From assembly GCA_963675665.1 (NCBI GenBank), contig OY776510.1:1536001-1600000 (forward strand): DNA of 64,000 nucleotides, in the 5' to 3' direction. The translations under genes were made by a program, and so were the position numbers. Below are positions 45,759 to 56,539 of the stretch, one piece after another. The notes under the pieces are model-generated. The model worked only from the letters and a program-made list of their open reading frames with translations, made no database searches and was not told the DNA's origin. The DNA is from Spirochaetia bacterium (GTDB lineage: Bacteria > Spirochaetota > Spirochaetia > UBA9216). Within the stretch, counting starts at the first letter, position 1; every line of letters starts with the position of its first letter.

Positions 45759-47291
45759 ATGAATAACATGAGAAATGAAATCCTTCTTTCAATGCAGAAT
45801 ATTACAAAAACTTTTGCAGGTGTTCCGGCTCTTGAAAATGCAAGTCTTGAGGTTGCCCGCGGTGAAGTGCATGCACTTATCGGAGAAAACGGGGCCGGAA
45901 AATCTACTATACTGAAAATTCTGACCGGGGTATATCATCATTATTCAGGGGCAATAATGTTCGAAGGCAAAGAAGTCGGGTTTTCATCGACTCATGATGC
46001 CCAGCAGTATGGAATAAGTCCTATTTATCAGGAGATAAATCTTGTTGCACAAAGGACAGTGGCTCAGAATATTTTTCTTGGCAAGGAACCGAAAAGATAT
46101 CTGCTGGTCGATCGAAAAAAAATGCGGGTGGAATCCGAGAGGTTGCTTGAACAGGTAGGGGTGAGCATTGATGTAGATAAACCACTGAACACCTATAGCG
46201 TTGCCACTCAGCAGATGGTTGCCATTGCAAGAGCTTTATCGTTTAAATCAAAGCTTCTAATAATGGACGAACCTACCTCATCGTTACATGATAAAGAAAT
46301 CGATGTTCTGTTTTCGGTTATTGAAAAGTTGAAAGATTCAGGTGTCTCTGTAGTATTTGTAAGTCATAAATTTGACGAAATATACAGAATTTGTGATCAT
46401 ATAACAATATTGCGAGACGGGAAAACCGTCTCAAGTGCACCTATACATGAATATAAAAGGATTAATCTTGTTGCAGACATGCTCGGCAAGGATCCGAATG
46501 AAATAAGAAGACGCGGACAAACCTCCTTCAACACAAGGAAGACGAAAAAGGGCGAGGTTCTTATGGAAATCAGGAACATCAGCTCTTTGCCCAAGCTGAA
46601 GGATGTAAGTCTTTCAATAAGGGCCGGAGAAGTTCTCGGTATTGCGGGACTGCTTGGTTCGGGACGAACCGAACTGGCCAAGGCAATATACGGAGCCGAA
46701 TTTTCCAAAAGCAGTGTTTTCAGGTATAAAGGAAAAGATTACAGACCTTCAACGCCTGAAAAATCAATTGCAGGCGGAATTGCTCTGGTTCCGGAAGACA
46801 GAAAAAGCGAAGGCCTCATTGGTGTAATGTCCATAAAAGAGAATTTAACATTATCCAGGCTGAATGAAATTTCCAGGTTCGGAATAATAAATGAAAGCAG
46901 GGAAAAAGAGATTGTTGAAGAATACATCAGGCTTCTATATATAAAATGTTCAAACATGAATCAGTCTGTGTCAGAGCTTTCCGGTGGAAATCAGCAGAAG
47001 GTCCTGCTCGGCAGAGCCATGATTCTTCAGCCTAATATTCTGATTCTGGATGAACCCACTCGCGGCGTTGATGTCGGGGCAAAGGCCGAAATTCAGGCGC
47101 TTATATCCGAGTCGATTCAGCGTCGCGAAGGTTTTGCAACAATTCTGATATCCTCGGAAATGGAGGAAATTCTGGAAGGCAGCAACAAGATACATGTGAT
47201 CAAGGACGGATTTTCCGTGCGTGATGTAGATCCTGAAACAGTGGAAAACTCGGAGTTGATGCAGTATCTGGCTTCAGAGATAGCAGAGTAA
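45759..47291 (+). CDS. Sugar ABC ATP-binding protein (YtfR-like)
   Basis: GENGAGKST, MDEPTSSL, LSGGNQQK. Start is 45759 or 45768. Confidence 0.94.
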   Translation: MNNMRNEILLSMQNITKTFAGVPALENASLEVARGEVHALIGENGAGKSTILKILTGVYHHYSGAIMFEGKEVGFSSTHDAQQYGISPIYQEINLVAQRTVAQNIFLGKEPKRYLLVDRKKMRVESERLLEQVGVSIDVDKPLNTYSVATQQMVAIARALSFKSKLLIMDEPTSSLHDKEIDVLFSVIEKLKDSGVSVVFVSHKFDEIYRICDHITILRDGKTVSSAPIHEYKRINLVADMLGKDPNEIRRRGQTSFNTRKTKKGEVLMEIRNISSLPKLKDVSLSIRAGEVLGIAGLLGSGRTELAKAIYGAEFSKSSVFRYKGKDYRPSTPEKSIAGGIALVPEDRKSEGLIGVMSIKENLTLSRLNEISRFGIINESREKEIVEEYIRLLYIKCSNMNQSVSELSGGNQQKVLLGRAMILQPNILILDEPTRGVDVGAKAEIQALISESIQRREGFATILISSEMEEILEGSNKIHVIKDGFSVRDVDPETVENSELMQYLASEIAE

Positions 47292-47308
47292 TTTACGGGA
47301 GTAATGAC

Positions 47309-48316
47309 ATGAGCGACATACCGGATAACATATCCAGTTCCCTGTTGACCAGGGTTAAAAAAGCATACAATACAGGCATAATACAGACAAACGGGGTTTG
47401 GTTTGCACTGATAGGCCTGATTATTTTCAATATGATTTTTACCAGAAACTTTATTTCAGTAAGGGTTCTGCAGGTAAATCTTACCCAGATGTCCGCAATT
47501 GCAATAGCTGCCATTGGTATGACATTAATTATTGCCGTAAAAGGAATAGATTTATCAGTCGGCGCGCTGATGGCTCTTGCCGGAGCAGCCTCGGGGTATC
47601 TTCTTGTTCTGGAAAATCCGTTTTTTCAGATATCCGCAGCCGGAACTCTTATAATTGTACTGTTAGGTGTGCTTGTAGCGGGAGTATTCGGATTTATTAA
47701 TGGTTATCTTATCGGGCGTATTAACCTGCAGCCCATTATCGCCACTCTTGTTATGATGATTTCAGGAAGGGGTATTGCCCAGCTGGCTACAAGCGGCAGG
47801 CTGTTTACAGTATCAAATACCGGGATCCTCTGGCTTGGACGTGGAACCTTTCTCGGAATTTCAATTCAGGCCTGGCTGATGATTATTGTTTTTATTCTTG
47901 CGGTGTTTGTCACTGGAAAAACAATACTTGGCAGATACGTAATCGCGGTAGGCGGCAATGAAGAGGCTGCCAGGCTGGCTGGAATAAATATACTAAAGGT
48001 TAAATGCATCGTTTATACAATCGGTGGTCTGCTTGCGGGGCTTGCCGGGATACTGATAGTCGGCATTAACGGTACAGTTGATACGGCAAATATCGGATTG
48101 GGATGGGAATTTACAGTCATCAGCGCGGTTGTTGTAGGCGGAACGCAGCTGTCTGGGGGCCGCCCCAGGATTGTCGGTACAATCGGGGGGGTTGCCCTGA
48201 TTCAGCTTCTGGCTTTCTCTCTGGCCAGTCATAATGTTTCTAAAGAAATAACCAATATAGTACAGGCTGGAGTAATAATTCTGGCAGTTGCACTGCAGTC
48301 TCAAAGAAAAGCATAA
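47309..48316 (+). CDS. Sugar ABC permease (YtfT-like)
   Basis: GMTL.I...GIDLSVG, QPIIATL..MI.GRGIAQL. Confidence 0.92.
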   Translation: MSDIPDNISSSLLTRVKKAYNTGIIQTNGVWFALIGLIIFNMIFTRNFISVRVLQVNLTQMSAIAIAAIGMTLIIAVKGIDLSVGALMALAGAASGYLLVLENPFFQISAAGTLIIVLLGVLVAGVFGFINGYLIGRINLQPIIATLVMMISGRGIAQLATSGRLFTVSNTGILWLGRGTFLGISIQAWLMIIVFILAVFVTGKTILGRYVIAVGGNEEAARLAGINILKVKCIVYTIGGLLAGLAGILIVGINGTVDTANIGLGWEFTVISAVVVGGTQLSGGRPRIVGTIGGVALIQLLAFSLASHNVSKEITNIVQAGVIILAVALQSQRKA

Positions 48317-48326
48317 AGGGCATATT

Positions 48327-49340
48327 ATGAGTGATAACATTGTAATTGAAGACAAAAAAAACAGGAAGCTTTTATATCTTTCGGATTTTGTTTTATCAAA
48401 TATTCCGCTTGTAATATTTGTTGCAGTATTGATATTTGCGGCAGTAAGGTATGATAACTTTTTCGGTAAATTCAATATTACCTCCATGCTTGCATCTACA
48501 GATTTTATCTGTATAGGATTGATGGCGATAGGAATGACATTTGTGATTTCTGCTGCAGAAATTGATCTTTCAGTAGCGGGAATTGTTGTTTCAGCCAGCG
48601 TTATAGCTGCACAATTTTCGACAAATAATATTGTAATTGTTTTACTTGTTTCGATTCTGTTTGGAGTAGTCATAGGGTTGATTAATGGAGGGCTTGTAAC
48701 AATTGCAAATCTCCCTTCTTTTATAGTTACCCTGGCTATGCTGTTAGCTCTGCGCGGGCTTGCTTTGCTTCTTTCCGGAAGACAGAAGATTCCGGTTGAG
48801 TATTCTTCATCTCTTGTAAAATTCTACAATTATAAGGTCTTTCATATACTTCCGGCTCCTTTTATTGTTGTAATGTTGATTTTTATTATTGCATGGATAA
48901 TATTTTCGAGAACCAGTTTCGGAATCCATGTGCTTGCGATAGGCGGAGACAAGGTTTCGGCAGAACTGATGGGTTTAAAATCCGGTGGAATCCGATGTAT
49001 GATTTTTGTTATCACCGGCGCTCTTTCCGGGCTTGCAGGGGCTTTTCTTGCAGCCAGAACAACTACGGGAAATCCTCTGGAGGCTCAGGGATGGGAAACA
49101 AACGCAATTGCTGCTGTAGTTCTCGGCGGTACGTTGTTGAACGGAGGAAAAGGATCGATATATTCAACTATGATAGGAGTTGCATTACTGACCGTTATTT
49201 TTCAGGTTTTGAATTTTGAAAATGGACAGGGCATTCCCATCAATTCATACTGGCAGAATGTTATCAGGGGATTGTTTTTATTGAGTATAGTTGTTGTGCA
49301 GGGCGTAACAACATCCAGAGTCAATAAATCAAAAGCCTGA
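48327..49340 (+). CDS. Sugar ABC permease (YjfF-like)
   Basis: GMTFVI....IDLSV, AIAAVVLGGTLL.GG.G, SYWQ.VIRG. Start ATG 48327. Confidence 0.92.
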   Translation: MSDNIVIEDKKNRKLLYLSDFVLSNIPLVIFVAVLIFAAVRYDNFFGKFNITSMLASTDFICIGLMAIGMTFVISAAEIDLSVAGIVVSASVIAAQFSTNNIVIVLLVSILFGVVIGLINGGLVTIANLPSFIVTLAMLLALRGLALLLSGRQKIPVEYSSSLVKFYNYKVFHILPAPFIVVMLIFIIAWIIFSRTSFGIHVLAIGGDKVSAELMGLKSGGIRCMIFVITGALSGLAGAFLAARTTTGNPLEAQGWETNAIAAVVLGGTLLNGGKGSIYSTMIGVALLTVIFQVLNFENGQGIPINSYWQNVIRGLFLLSIVVVQGVTTSRVNKSKA

Positions 49341-49469
49341 ATCTAAGCAAAGATTCATGAGCTGCGGTTTATTGAGACTTGTTTTTATATTATTATCAGT
49401 GAAGGTCTGTAAATTATATTTAATATTTCAGGAATTAAACAACAGGGAAGATGAAAAGGACAGTGCCAA

Positions 49470-50504
49470 TTGAAAAAGCGCGTAACAGTTAAGGATATTG
49501 CTCAAATTTGCGGTGTATCAATTGGCAGTGTTGATAGAGCGATACATAACAGACCCGGAATAAACAATGAAACTCGTGAAAAAATTCTCAAAGCATGTGA
49601 AGAATATGGTTTCAGAATCAACAGGTTTGCGCAGTCTCTTTCCCGGCAGCAATATAATCTGGCTGCTGTTCTGCCGAAGCAGAATGTGGACTTTTACAAA
49701 AGCCTGGAGAAAGGGCTGAGGCGTGCGGCGGAAGAATTGTCGGATTTGAATGTTTCTCTGCAGATTATAAAAAATACCAGGAACGGTTATCAGGCCGAAA
49801 AAGAAATTCTTGAAAAGATTGGTGAAATGAATTTAAACGGTATTGCTTTATGTGTCGATTATGCTCCGAAACTGAACGAGGCAATTAATGCAATTATTAA
49901 TAAGGATATTCCTGTTGTAACAATGGCTACAGATGCGCCGGAAAGTATAAGAACGACAACAGTAGCTGTTTCACCGGAGAAAACAGGAGAAATTGCCGCT
50001 TCGTATATGACGAGATTTATACACGAAGCCGGTACCGTATGCGTACTCCGCGGAAACAATGAAGCCATGGGGCAGACAAGAACTGCAGAAACCTTTTTCA
50101 ATTCAATAAGGAAAAACCGGCCCGAACTTTCTATCGGTGAAATATTTAATACTGATGAAAAACCGGCAAAGCTTAAACGCGCTGTGGATGAGATTAAGGC
50201 TAAATATGATGATTTAAAGGGAATCTATCTTACCGCCTGGGGTGGTCACATCTGTGCTGCACGGTTGGAAGAACTCGGCCTGCAGGAAGAAATCGTCTTT
50301 TTTGCCACAGGTATTTATACTGATCTGTGGCCTTATCTGGACAACGGAACTATCGATCTTTTGGTACATCGCAATCCTCATCGACAGGGTGCACTGGCAA
50401 TTAATTTGCTGTTTGATATGCTGACCGGCAAAGGTGTGGATAAGGATAAACATCATGTCAGACCTGAATTTATAATTCGTGAAAGTCTCTGGTTTTACAG
50501 ATAG
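49470..50504 (+). CDS. LacI-family regulator
   Basis: VTVKDIAQICGVSIGSVDRAIHNR. Confidence 0.92.
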   Translation: MKKRVTVKDIAQICGVSIGSVDRAIHNRPGINNETREKILKACEEYGFRINRFAQSLSRQQYNLAAVLPKQNVDFYKSLEKGLRRAAEELSDLNVSLQIIKNTRNGYQAEKEILEKIGEMNLNGIALCVDYAPKLNEAINAIINKDIPVVTMATDAPESIRTTTVAVSPEKTGEIAASYMTRFIHEAGTVCVLRGNNEAMGQTRTAETFFNSIRKNRPELSIGEIFNTDEKPAKLKRAVDEIKAKYDDLKGIYLTAWGGHICAARLEELGLQEEIVFFATGIYTDLWPYLDNGTIDLLVHRNPHRQGALAINLLFDMLTGKGVDKDKHHVRPEFIIRESLWFYR

Positions 50505-50539
50505 CATCTCTTTTAAAAACTCCCTGAAAAACTTTTTTC

Positions 50540-50582
50540 TTGACAGAAATGGAAACAGCTTGTACAGTGGTTGTACGTACAA
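50540..50582 (+). promoter_or_regulatory. Promoter of the AraR-like gene with operator 1
   Basis: TTGACA, N17, TACAGT. TTGTA-N6-TTGTACGTACAA at 50560-50582. Confidence 0.85.
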
Positions 50583-50599
50583 GGTGGAGCGAAAATATT

Positions 50600-51682
50600 T
50601 TGGATAAAAATATGTTTTTTGGTACCAAATATGAGATGGTTCGGCAATATATCAAGCAATTGCTTGTTGACGGAACCATTGAATACGGAATGAAACTTCC
50701 CTCTGAACATGAATTAACGAAGAAATTCCAGGTAAGCCGCCAGACGATAAGACAGGCATTCAGTGAACTTGCGAATGAAGGTTTGATCTACAAACAGCAG
50801 GGCAAAGGTACTTTCAGTAATTACCAGAAAAATGTAAAGCAAAAACAGATAATTGCAGTAATAACAACATATATTTCAGAATTTGTTTTTCCCGGAATCG
50901 TATCAGGAATAGAAGATGTTCTGTCCGATGAAGGCTATATGATGCTCTTTGCAAATACAAACAACAGTAAAAGAAAAGAAGCTGAATATCTTAAAAATGT
51001 GATGGAACATAATGTTGTCGGGATAATAATAGAACCTTCAAGAAGTGCTCAGGGTAATGCTAATCTTGATATTTTTAATACAATGCGCAGCAGAGGGACC
51101 AAATTTGTCTTCCTGAACGCCTGTTATTCGGATTTTGACAGTTCGTACGTTATTATGGATGACAAAAAAGGCGGTTATATGGCCGTCGAGCATCTGCTTC
51201 AATTGGGACACCGAAGAATAGCCTGTGTTTATAAAACTGATGACAAGCAGGGTGTAGACAGAAAGGAAGGCTATATCAGGGCCCTGGAAAAGTATGGTGT
51301 TCAGGTTGACAGTACACTTATGGGCGAATATGACACCTCCGGAATGTATCTTTTTCCGTATATGTTTACACAGTCCCTGTTGCGTTCTGATGACAGGCCC
51401 ACAGCTTTTTCCTGTTACAATGATCAAAGCGCGCTGATGGTTATCCAGGCCATAAAGGACAGCGGTTTGAGATTTCCTGAAGACGTGTCTGTAGTTGGTT
51501 ATGATGATTCAATAGAAGGCATGCCTAATGATATGCGGATTACTACAATCAAGCATCCTAAAAAAGACATGGGTATCCAGGGCGCCCGGTTTATGATCGA
51601 TATGATTGAGGGGCGAATGGGAAGGCCGCAGCTTGTTTATGAACCTGAATTAATTGTAAGGGACTCCTGTCGGAACATTTAA
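50600..51682 (+). CDS. AraR-type regulator (GntR wHTH plus LacI-like effector domain)
   Basis: KLPSEHEL...FQVSRQTIRQA...QGKGTF, IAVITTYISEFVFP.I..GIE, PEDVSVVGYDDS. Start is TTG 50600 or ATG 50612. Confidence 0.92.
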   Translation: MDKNMFFGTKYEMVRQYIKQLLVDGTIEYGMKLPSEHELTKKFQVSRQTIRQAFSELANEGLIYKQQGKGTFSNYQKNVKQKQIIAVITTYISEFVFPGIVSGIEDVLSDEGYMMLFANTNNSKRKEAEYLKNVMEHNVVGIIIEPSRSAQGNANLDIFNTMRSRGTKFVFLNACYSDFDSSYVIMDDKKGGYMAVEHLLQLGHRRIACVYKTDDKQGVDRKEGYIRALEKYGVQVDSTLMGEYDTSGMYLFPYMFTQSLLRSDDRPTAFSCYNDQSALMVIQAIKDSGLRFPEDVSVVGYDDSIEGMPNDMRITTIKHPKKDMGIQGARFMIDMIEGRMGRPQLVYEPELIVRDSCRNI

Positions 51683-51699
51683 TTTTTTTTTAAAGCAAC

Positions 51700-51724
51700 T
51701 TGTACGTACAACAAAAGTACAAGT
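51700..51724. promoter_or_regulatory. AraR-type operator 2
   Basis: TTGTACGTACAA-N6-TACAAGT. Confidence 0.85.
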
Positions 51725-51798
51725 TACAGAATAGGGTAGTATGCGGTACCGAATTTCAGTTTCTGTGCTGCATGAATATAAACAAGAGGAGAAAAAAA

Positions 51799-52917
51799 AT
51801 GAAAAAGAAAATGATGTGTGTAGCTCTGTTGATCACCATTCTGGTGTTTAGTTCGGTCTTTGTTTTTGCCGGAGGTCAGCAGGAGCCGGTAAGCAAACCG
51901 GAAGCAGCGGCTTCAGGAGGAACTCAGGAGACAGTCAAGTATTATGATTCAAAATTCTGTCCCGCTTTAGGCAAAATTCCCGAGCCGAGCAAGCCTTATC
52001 GAATAGGCTGTTTGGTAAAAACCCTTATCAATGACTTCTGGATGGATTTTGAGAACGGCTACAATGATGCCGGAAAAGTGTATGATAAACTGCAGATAGA
52101 TGTTTACGGCGCTCCGAGTGAGACCGATCTGCTTGTTCAGAAGCAGATTCTTGATGATATGATAGCAAAGAAATATGATATACTTCTTGTCTCTCCACTT
52201 ACAGATACAAATCTTGTGGCCGCGCTAAAGACTGCAACTGACAGAGGCATTCCTATCATCAATGTATGTGATGCTTATATCAGTCCTGAAGCACAGGCTA
52301 AACATGGAATAGATATCGAATGTGTAATAGCTACTGATTTCAGGGAAAATGCAAGACTGGTTACCAGGTATATGGCCGAACTTATCGGTGATGACGGCGG
52401 TCAGATAATGCATATCATGGGATTGCCCGGCGGACGTGCTGCAGAATACAGAAAAGAAGGTTACCTCGAGGAAGTTGCCAAATACTCAAATCTGGAAAAT
52501 ATCGGTGTATGGTCCGGCGAATGGGAAAGAAAGAAAGGTATGGATATAGCTGCTGATGTTATACAGTCACATCCCAATCTGAGGGCAATTGTAGCTGCAA
52601 ATGATAATATGGCTCTGGGTGCTTATCAGGCTGTTAAAAATGCAGGAAAAACTGATCAGATTTATATCGGCGGAATCGATGCTGTACCAGATGGAATTGT
52701 TTCTGTTATAAACGGCGAAATGGTATGTACACTGCCTTTTATGCAGTATCAAATGGCTTATACCGGAATCGAGGTTGCTGTACAGATACTTGAAGGAGAA
52801 TTTGATCCTGCAAACGCAGAGATTTACGGATATCAGGAAGTTTGGCATCAGGGAAACATCGGTGACAAGGTCGACGAGTACAGGGCGCAGTTTACCGGTT
52901 TGAAAAATTTAAAGTAA
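51799..52917 (+). CDS. Sugar ABC SBP (AlsB/RbsB-like)
   Basis: Signal ...VFAGGQQE; LVKTL.N.FW, ANDNMALGA, GGIDA. ATG 51799 after GAGGAG. Confidence 0.9.
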   Translation: MKKKMMCVALLITILVFSSVFVFAGGQQEPVSKPEAAASGGTQETVKYYDSKFCPALGKIPEPSKPYRIGCLVKTLINDFWMDFENGYNDAGKVYDKLQIDVYGAPSETDLLVQKQILDDMIAKKYDILLVSPLTDTNLVAALKTATDRGIPIINVCDAYISPEAQAKHGIDIECVIATDFRENARLVTRYMAELIGDDGGQIMHIMGLPGGRAAEYRKEGYLEEVAKYSNLENIGVWSGEWERKKGMDIAADVIQSHPNLRAIVAANDNMALGAYQAVKNAGKTDQIYIGGIDAVPDGIVSVINGEMVCTLPFMQYQMAYTGIEVAVQILEGEFDPANAEIYGYQEVWHQGNIGDKVDEYRAQFTGLKNLK

Positions 52918-52954
52918 TTCTTTCAATGCACAACTAAATACGTGATAATAAAGT

Positions 52955-52991
52955 AAAGCGCGCTCCCTTACAGAAAGGGGAGCGCGCTTTT
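52955..52991 (+). terminator. Strong hairpin after the SBP gene
   Basis: AAAGCGCGCTCCC...GGGAGCGCGCTTTT. Confidence 0.8.
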
Positions 52992-53022
52992 GGAGAGTTG
53001 ATTAAAGGAAGGTTACTATTTC

Positions 53023-53970
53023 ATGAAGGGTAAATTTATTACGAATATTTTAAGGACGCATCTGGGCGTCCTGATTACATTACTTGTTTTATGGGTGTTT
53101 TTCAGTCTTGCATCACCATGGTTCTTTAATATAGATAATATGCTGAATATCCTTAACCATATGACAATTACCCTCATACTTGCTTTAGGTATGGTTTTTG
53201 TCATTGCATCAGGCGGGATCGATCTTTCTGTCGGATCGATTCTGGGTTTTACCGGAATTATTGTGGCTATATTTCTGAAGGCTGAAATGCCTGTTTTTAT
53301 AGCAGTAATATTGGGACTGCTTGTTGGTGCGGGCATCGGGGCTTTTACCGGTTTTCTTATCGCCCGGTTCCGGCTTCAGCCTTTTATTGTTACATTGGGA
53401 ATGTTAAGTATCGTAAGAGGGCTGGCTCTTGTTTTTTCCGGCGGATTGCCGGTTATTGGGTTTCCGTCCAACTTTACCCAGTTTTTTGCAGGTTCTGCAG
53501 GAATTCCTACAAATATCTATATAATGATATTTCTTGTCTTTGTTGTCTCAATCATTTCGGCAAAAACCAAATTTGGAGTATATACCCGAAGTATCGGCGG
53601 AAGTGAAAAAAGCGCTGTTCTTTGCGGGATTGATACTGCAAGGATAAAGATATTTATTTATATGATGCAGGGTATGCTTGCCGCAATTGCTGCTTTTGTC
53701 TATATGTCGATGATGGATGCAGCTGAACCGCTGGCCGGCTTGCAGACTGAATGGCTTGAAGCAATTGCTGCGCCCATTATCGGAGGCAACAGTTTATCGG
53801 GAGGTGTTCTGTCAGTTTTCGGAACGGTTGTAGGAGCGCTTATTCTTTCCACTGTCAGAAGCGGTTTAAATGTTATGGGCGTGCAGGCTTTTACGCAGCA
53901 GCTGGTGATAGGTTTGATTATAATAATTTCAGTTGTTATCGATTCCCTGCGCCATCGCAAAAGGCTGTAA
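53023..53970 (+). CDS. Sugar ABC permease
   Basis: GM.FVI.SGGIDLSVG, QPFIVTLG, AIAA.IIGG.SL.GG. Confidence 0.93.
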   Translation: MKGKFITNILRTHLGVLITLLVLWVFFSLASPWFFNIDNMLNILNHMTITLILALGMVFVIASGGIDLSVGSILGFTGIIVAIFLKAEMPVFIAVILGLLVGAGIGAFTGFLIARFRLQPFIVTLGMLSIVRGLALVFSGGLPVIGFPSNFTQFFAGSAGIPTNIYIMIFLVFVVSIISAKTKFGVYTRSIGGSEKSAVLCGIDTARIKIFIYMMQGMLAAIAAFVYMSMMDAAEPLAGLQTEWLEAIAAPIIGGNSLSGGVLSVFGTVVGALILSTVRSGLNVMGVQAFTQQLVIGLIIIISVVIDSLRHRKRL

Positions 53971-53980
53971 GGGGGCGGCA

Positions 53981-55528
53981 GTGGATAATAAAGTTATAAT
54001 AGATATCAGGAATATAAAGAAAACTTACGGAGGCATTAAGGCTCTTAAGGGTGTTGATCTGAATTTAAAAGGCGGCGAGACACTTGGTCTGGTGGGTGAG
54101 AACGGAGCAGGCAAGTCTACTCTTATGAAGATCTTATGCGGAATTGAAAGTCCGGATTCGGGGGTAGGAGAAATAACATTTAACGGAACCGAAATCAGAA
54201 TGACAAGTCCCCATCAGGCCCAGGAACTCGGGATCGCTATGATTCCCCAGGAATTGATTCTTGTACCCCAGATGTCGGTAGTTGAAAATATTTTTCTGGG
54301 AAGGGAATATCTCGGAAAAAACCGGTTCCTGAAAAAGAAAGATATGATTAGCGCAACAAGAAAACTTTTGCGTGATCTTGAAAGCGAATATATTGATCCG
54401 GAAGCAACAGTTGAAAATATCCCGAAGGCTGATCAGCAGCTGGTTGCAATTGCCCGAAGACTTCATCAGGGCGGGAAAATTTTCATTATGGACGAACCTA
54501 CAGCTGCTTTTACCGAAAAGGAAACAAAAAATCTTTTTAAGGTTATAAGAGGGCTTTGTTCTTCAGGTTCCTCGGTTATTTTTATTTCTCATAGACTTGA
54601 AGAAGTTGTGGAGATTTGCGACAGAATTTCCATTCTGCGTGACGGCCAGATGATTACGACTCTTAACCGGGGGCCGGGTGTAGACAAAGCAGCTTTGATT
54701 TATCATATGGTAGGTTCTGAAATAAAAGATGAATTTCCGAAAGTTGAGGTTGAACGCGGCCGGGAAGTTTTCAGGGCCAATAATATTGCTTTTCACACAA
54801 ATCAGGGCAATCTGGTAGAAAATATCAACTTCTCTGTTCATGAAGGAGAAGTAGTTGGTATTACAGGACTGGTAGGCACCGGCAAAACCGAGTTGAGCCA
54901 GGCAATCTTCGGTTTGCGGCGAATTTTGGAGGGTGAACTTTTTGTTGAAAACAAACAAGTCCTTTTCAGAAATCCTATTGATGCGGCAAATGCCGGATTT
55001 GGCTATGTCAGTGAAGACAGACGGGGAGAAGGCCTGGTCCTGGAGATGCCGAGTCTTCATAACATGACAATAAACAGTCTTGAACGAATATCTAAAAACT
55101 TCGTCATTTCACCAAAAAAAGAGCTGGACCTGGGCGGTGAGTTTGCCGCCCGGCTTTCAATGAAAAGTGATTACCTCGATATGGAGGCCCGGCAGCTCAG
55201 CGGCGGCAATCAGCAGAAGGTTGTAATTGTCAGGCAGATTATACGTGATACAAAAATTATTATATTTGATGAGCCGACAAAAGGTATAGATGTGGCGGCA
55301 AAAAGAGAAGTAGCCCGGCTTATCGGCGAACTAAGTAAGGAGAAAAAAGCAATACTTCTGTTTTCTTCAGAACCACGTGAGGTTCTTGGAATCAGCGATA
55401 TCGTTTTTGTCCTGACAAAGGACGGTCTTGAGGGGCCGTTTTCAAGAGATTCCATCGACTATGAACAGTTGATGGCAATTGAATTCGGAAAAGATTCATC
55501 AAATGAAAAAGAGAGTTCAGAAAAATGA
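53981..55528 (+). CDS. Sugar ABC ATP-binding protein
   Basis: GENGAGKST, MDEPT, LSGGNQQK, DEPTKGIDV. GTG start 53981. Confidence 0.94.
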   Translation: MDNKVIIDIRNIKKTYGGIKALKGVDLNLKGGETLGLVGENGAGKSTLMKILCGIESPDSGVGEITFNGTEIRMTSPHQAQELGIAMIPQELILVPQMSVVENIFLGREYLGKNRFLKKKDMISATRKLLRDLESEYIDPEATVENIPKADQQLVAIARRLHQGGKIFIMDEPTAAFTEKETKNLFKVIRGLCSSGSSVIFISHRLEEVVEICDRISILRDGQMITTLNRGPGVDKAALIYHMVGSEIKDEFPKVEVERGREVFRANNIAFHTNQGNLVENINFSVHEGEVVGITGLVGTGKTELSQAIFGLRRILEGELFVENKQVLFRNPIDAANAGFGYVSEDRRGEGLVLEMPSLHNMTINSLERISKNFVISPKKELDLGGEFAARLSMKSDYLDMEARQLSGGNQQKVVIVRQIIRDTKIIIFDEPTKGIDVAAKREVARLIGELSKEKKAILLFSSEPREVLGISDIVFVLTKDGLEGPFSRDSIDYEQLMAIEFGKDSSNEKESSEK

Positions 55529-55562
55529 AAAAAGCTGTTTTCAACGAATGTCGGAGGCTTAT

Positions 55563-56525
55563 ATGGCTTTGAAAATAAGGAATAATCCATTCTTCAGAAA
55601 TTATATAGGAATAATCAGTGCAATAGTAATAATCGGAATCTTTCTTTCAATTGCATCTCCGTATTTTCTTAAGATAAGTAATTTTGTAAATATAGGTAAC
55701 CAGATAGCCCTTAATCTGATTATTGCAGTAGGAATGACAATAGTAATAACAACCGGCGGTATAGATTTGTCTGTCGGTGCCAATGTTGCTCTTACCGGAA
55801 TTGTGGTTGCGTTATTCTATTATGCGGCAGGCGGAGGTCCGGCGGCGCTGATTTTAGGGCTGGTTGTCGGGCTTGCAACAGGAGCCGGTATAGGTGTTTT
55901 TAACGGTCTGCTTGTTACAGTTCTGAATGTTCCTCCTTTTATTACAACGCTGGGAGGAATGGTTGCTTTTCGAGGTCTGGCTTTAGTATTATCGAACGGC
56001 AGGGTTCTTTACGGTTTGCCGGAAAGTTTTCAGTCTGTTTTCGGCGGATTTATATTCAATACCATACCCAAGTCCATTGTTATTGCGGTTGTTATCTCCG
56101 TTATAGGTGTGTTTATCTTAAACAAAACAAATCTCGGGCGTTATGCGAAGGCGTTGGGCGGTAATGAGCAATGCCTTCGGGTGTGCGGGATTAATATTAA
56201 TAAGATAAAAATGGGCGTATATATAATAAGCGGAGTGACCGCCGCAATAAGCAGTCTCGCGCTTACCAGTATGATGAATGCTGCAGAACCCAATGCAGGT
56301 AACTTTTATGAACTGGATGCCATAGCTGTTGTTGTTATGGGTGGTACCAGTCTGATGGGAGGGAAAGGAACAGTTGTCGGTACCATCCTGGGGGCCTTGC
56401 TTTTGGGTATTGTCCGGAATGGGTTGAATATAATGAAAGTGCCTCCCAATTTTCACCAGCTGATTGTCGGTATAATAATTCTCGGGGCAGTTATTCTCGG
56501 AAGCAAGCAAAATGATGCCGCCTGA
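55563..56525 (+). CDS. Sugar ABC permease (RbsC-like)
   Basis: GMT.VI.TGGIDLSVG, PPFITTLG, YELDAIA.VV.GGTSL.GG.G. ATG 55563 after GGAGG. Confidence 0.93.
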   Translation: MALKIRNNPFFRNYIGIISAIVIIGIFLSIASPYFLKISNFVNIGNQIALNLIIAVGMTIVITTGGIDLSVGANVALTGIVVALFYYAAGGGPAALILGLVVGLATGAGIGVFNGLLVTVLNVPPFITTLGGMVAFRGLALVLSNGRVLYGLPESFQSVFGGFIFNTIPKSIVIAVVISVIGVFILNKTNLGRYAKALGGNEQCLRVCGININKIKMGVYIISGVTAAISSLALTSMMNAAEPNAGNFYELDAIAVVVMGGTSLMGGKGTVVGTILGALLLGIVRNGLNIMKVPPNFHQLIVGIIILGAVILGSKQNDAA

Positions 56526-56539
56526 TATGGAGAAGTTAA

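Noticed and set aside
50540-50599. N-terminal ORF extensions in the track (also 38510-38599, 42927-43025, 51700-51798)
   Set aside because: These stretches contain promoters and operators, and downstream starts have clear RBSs.
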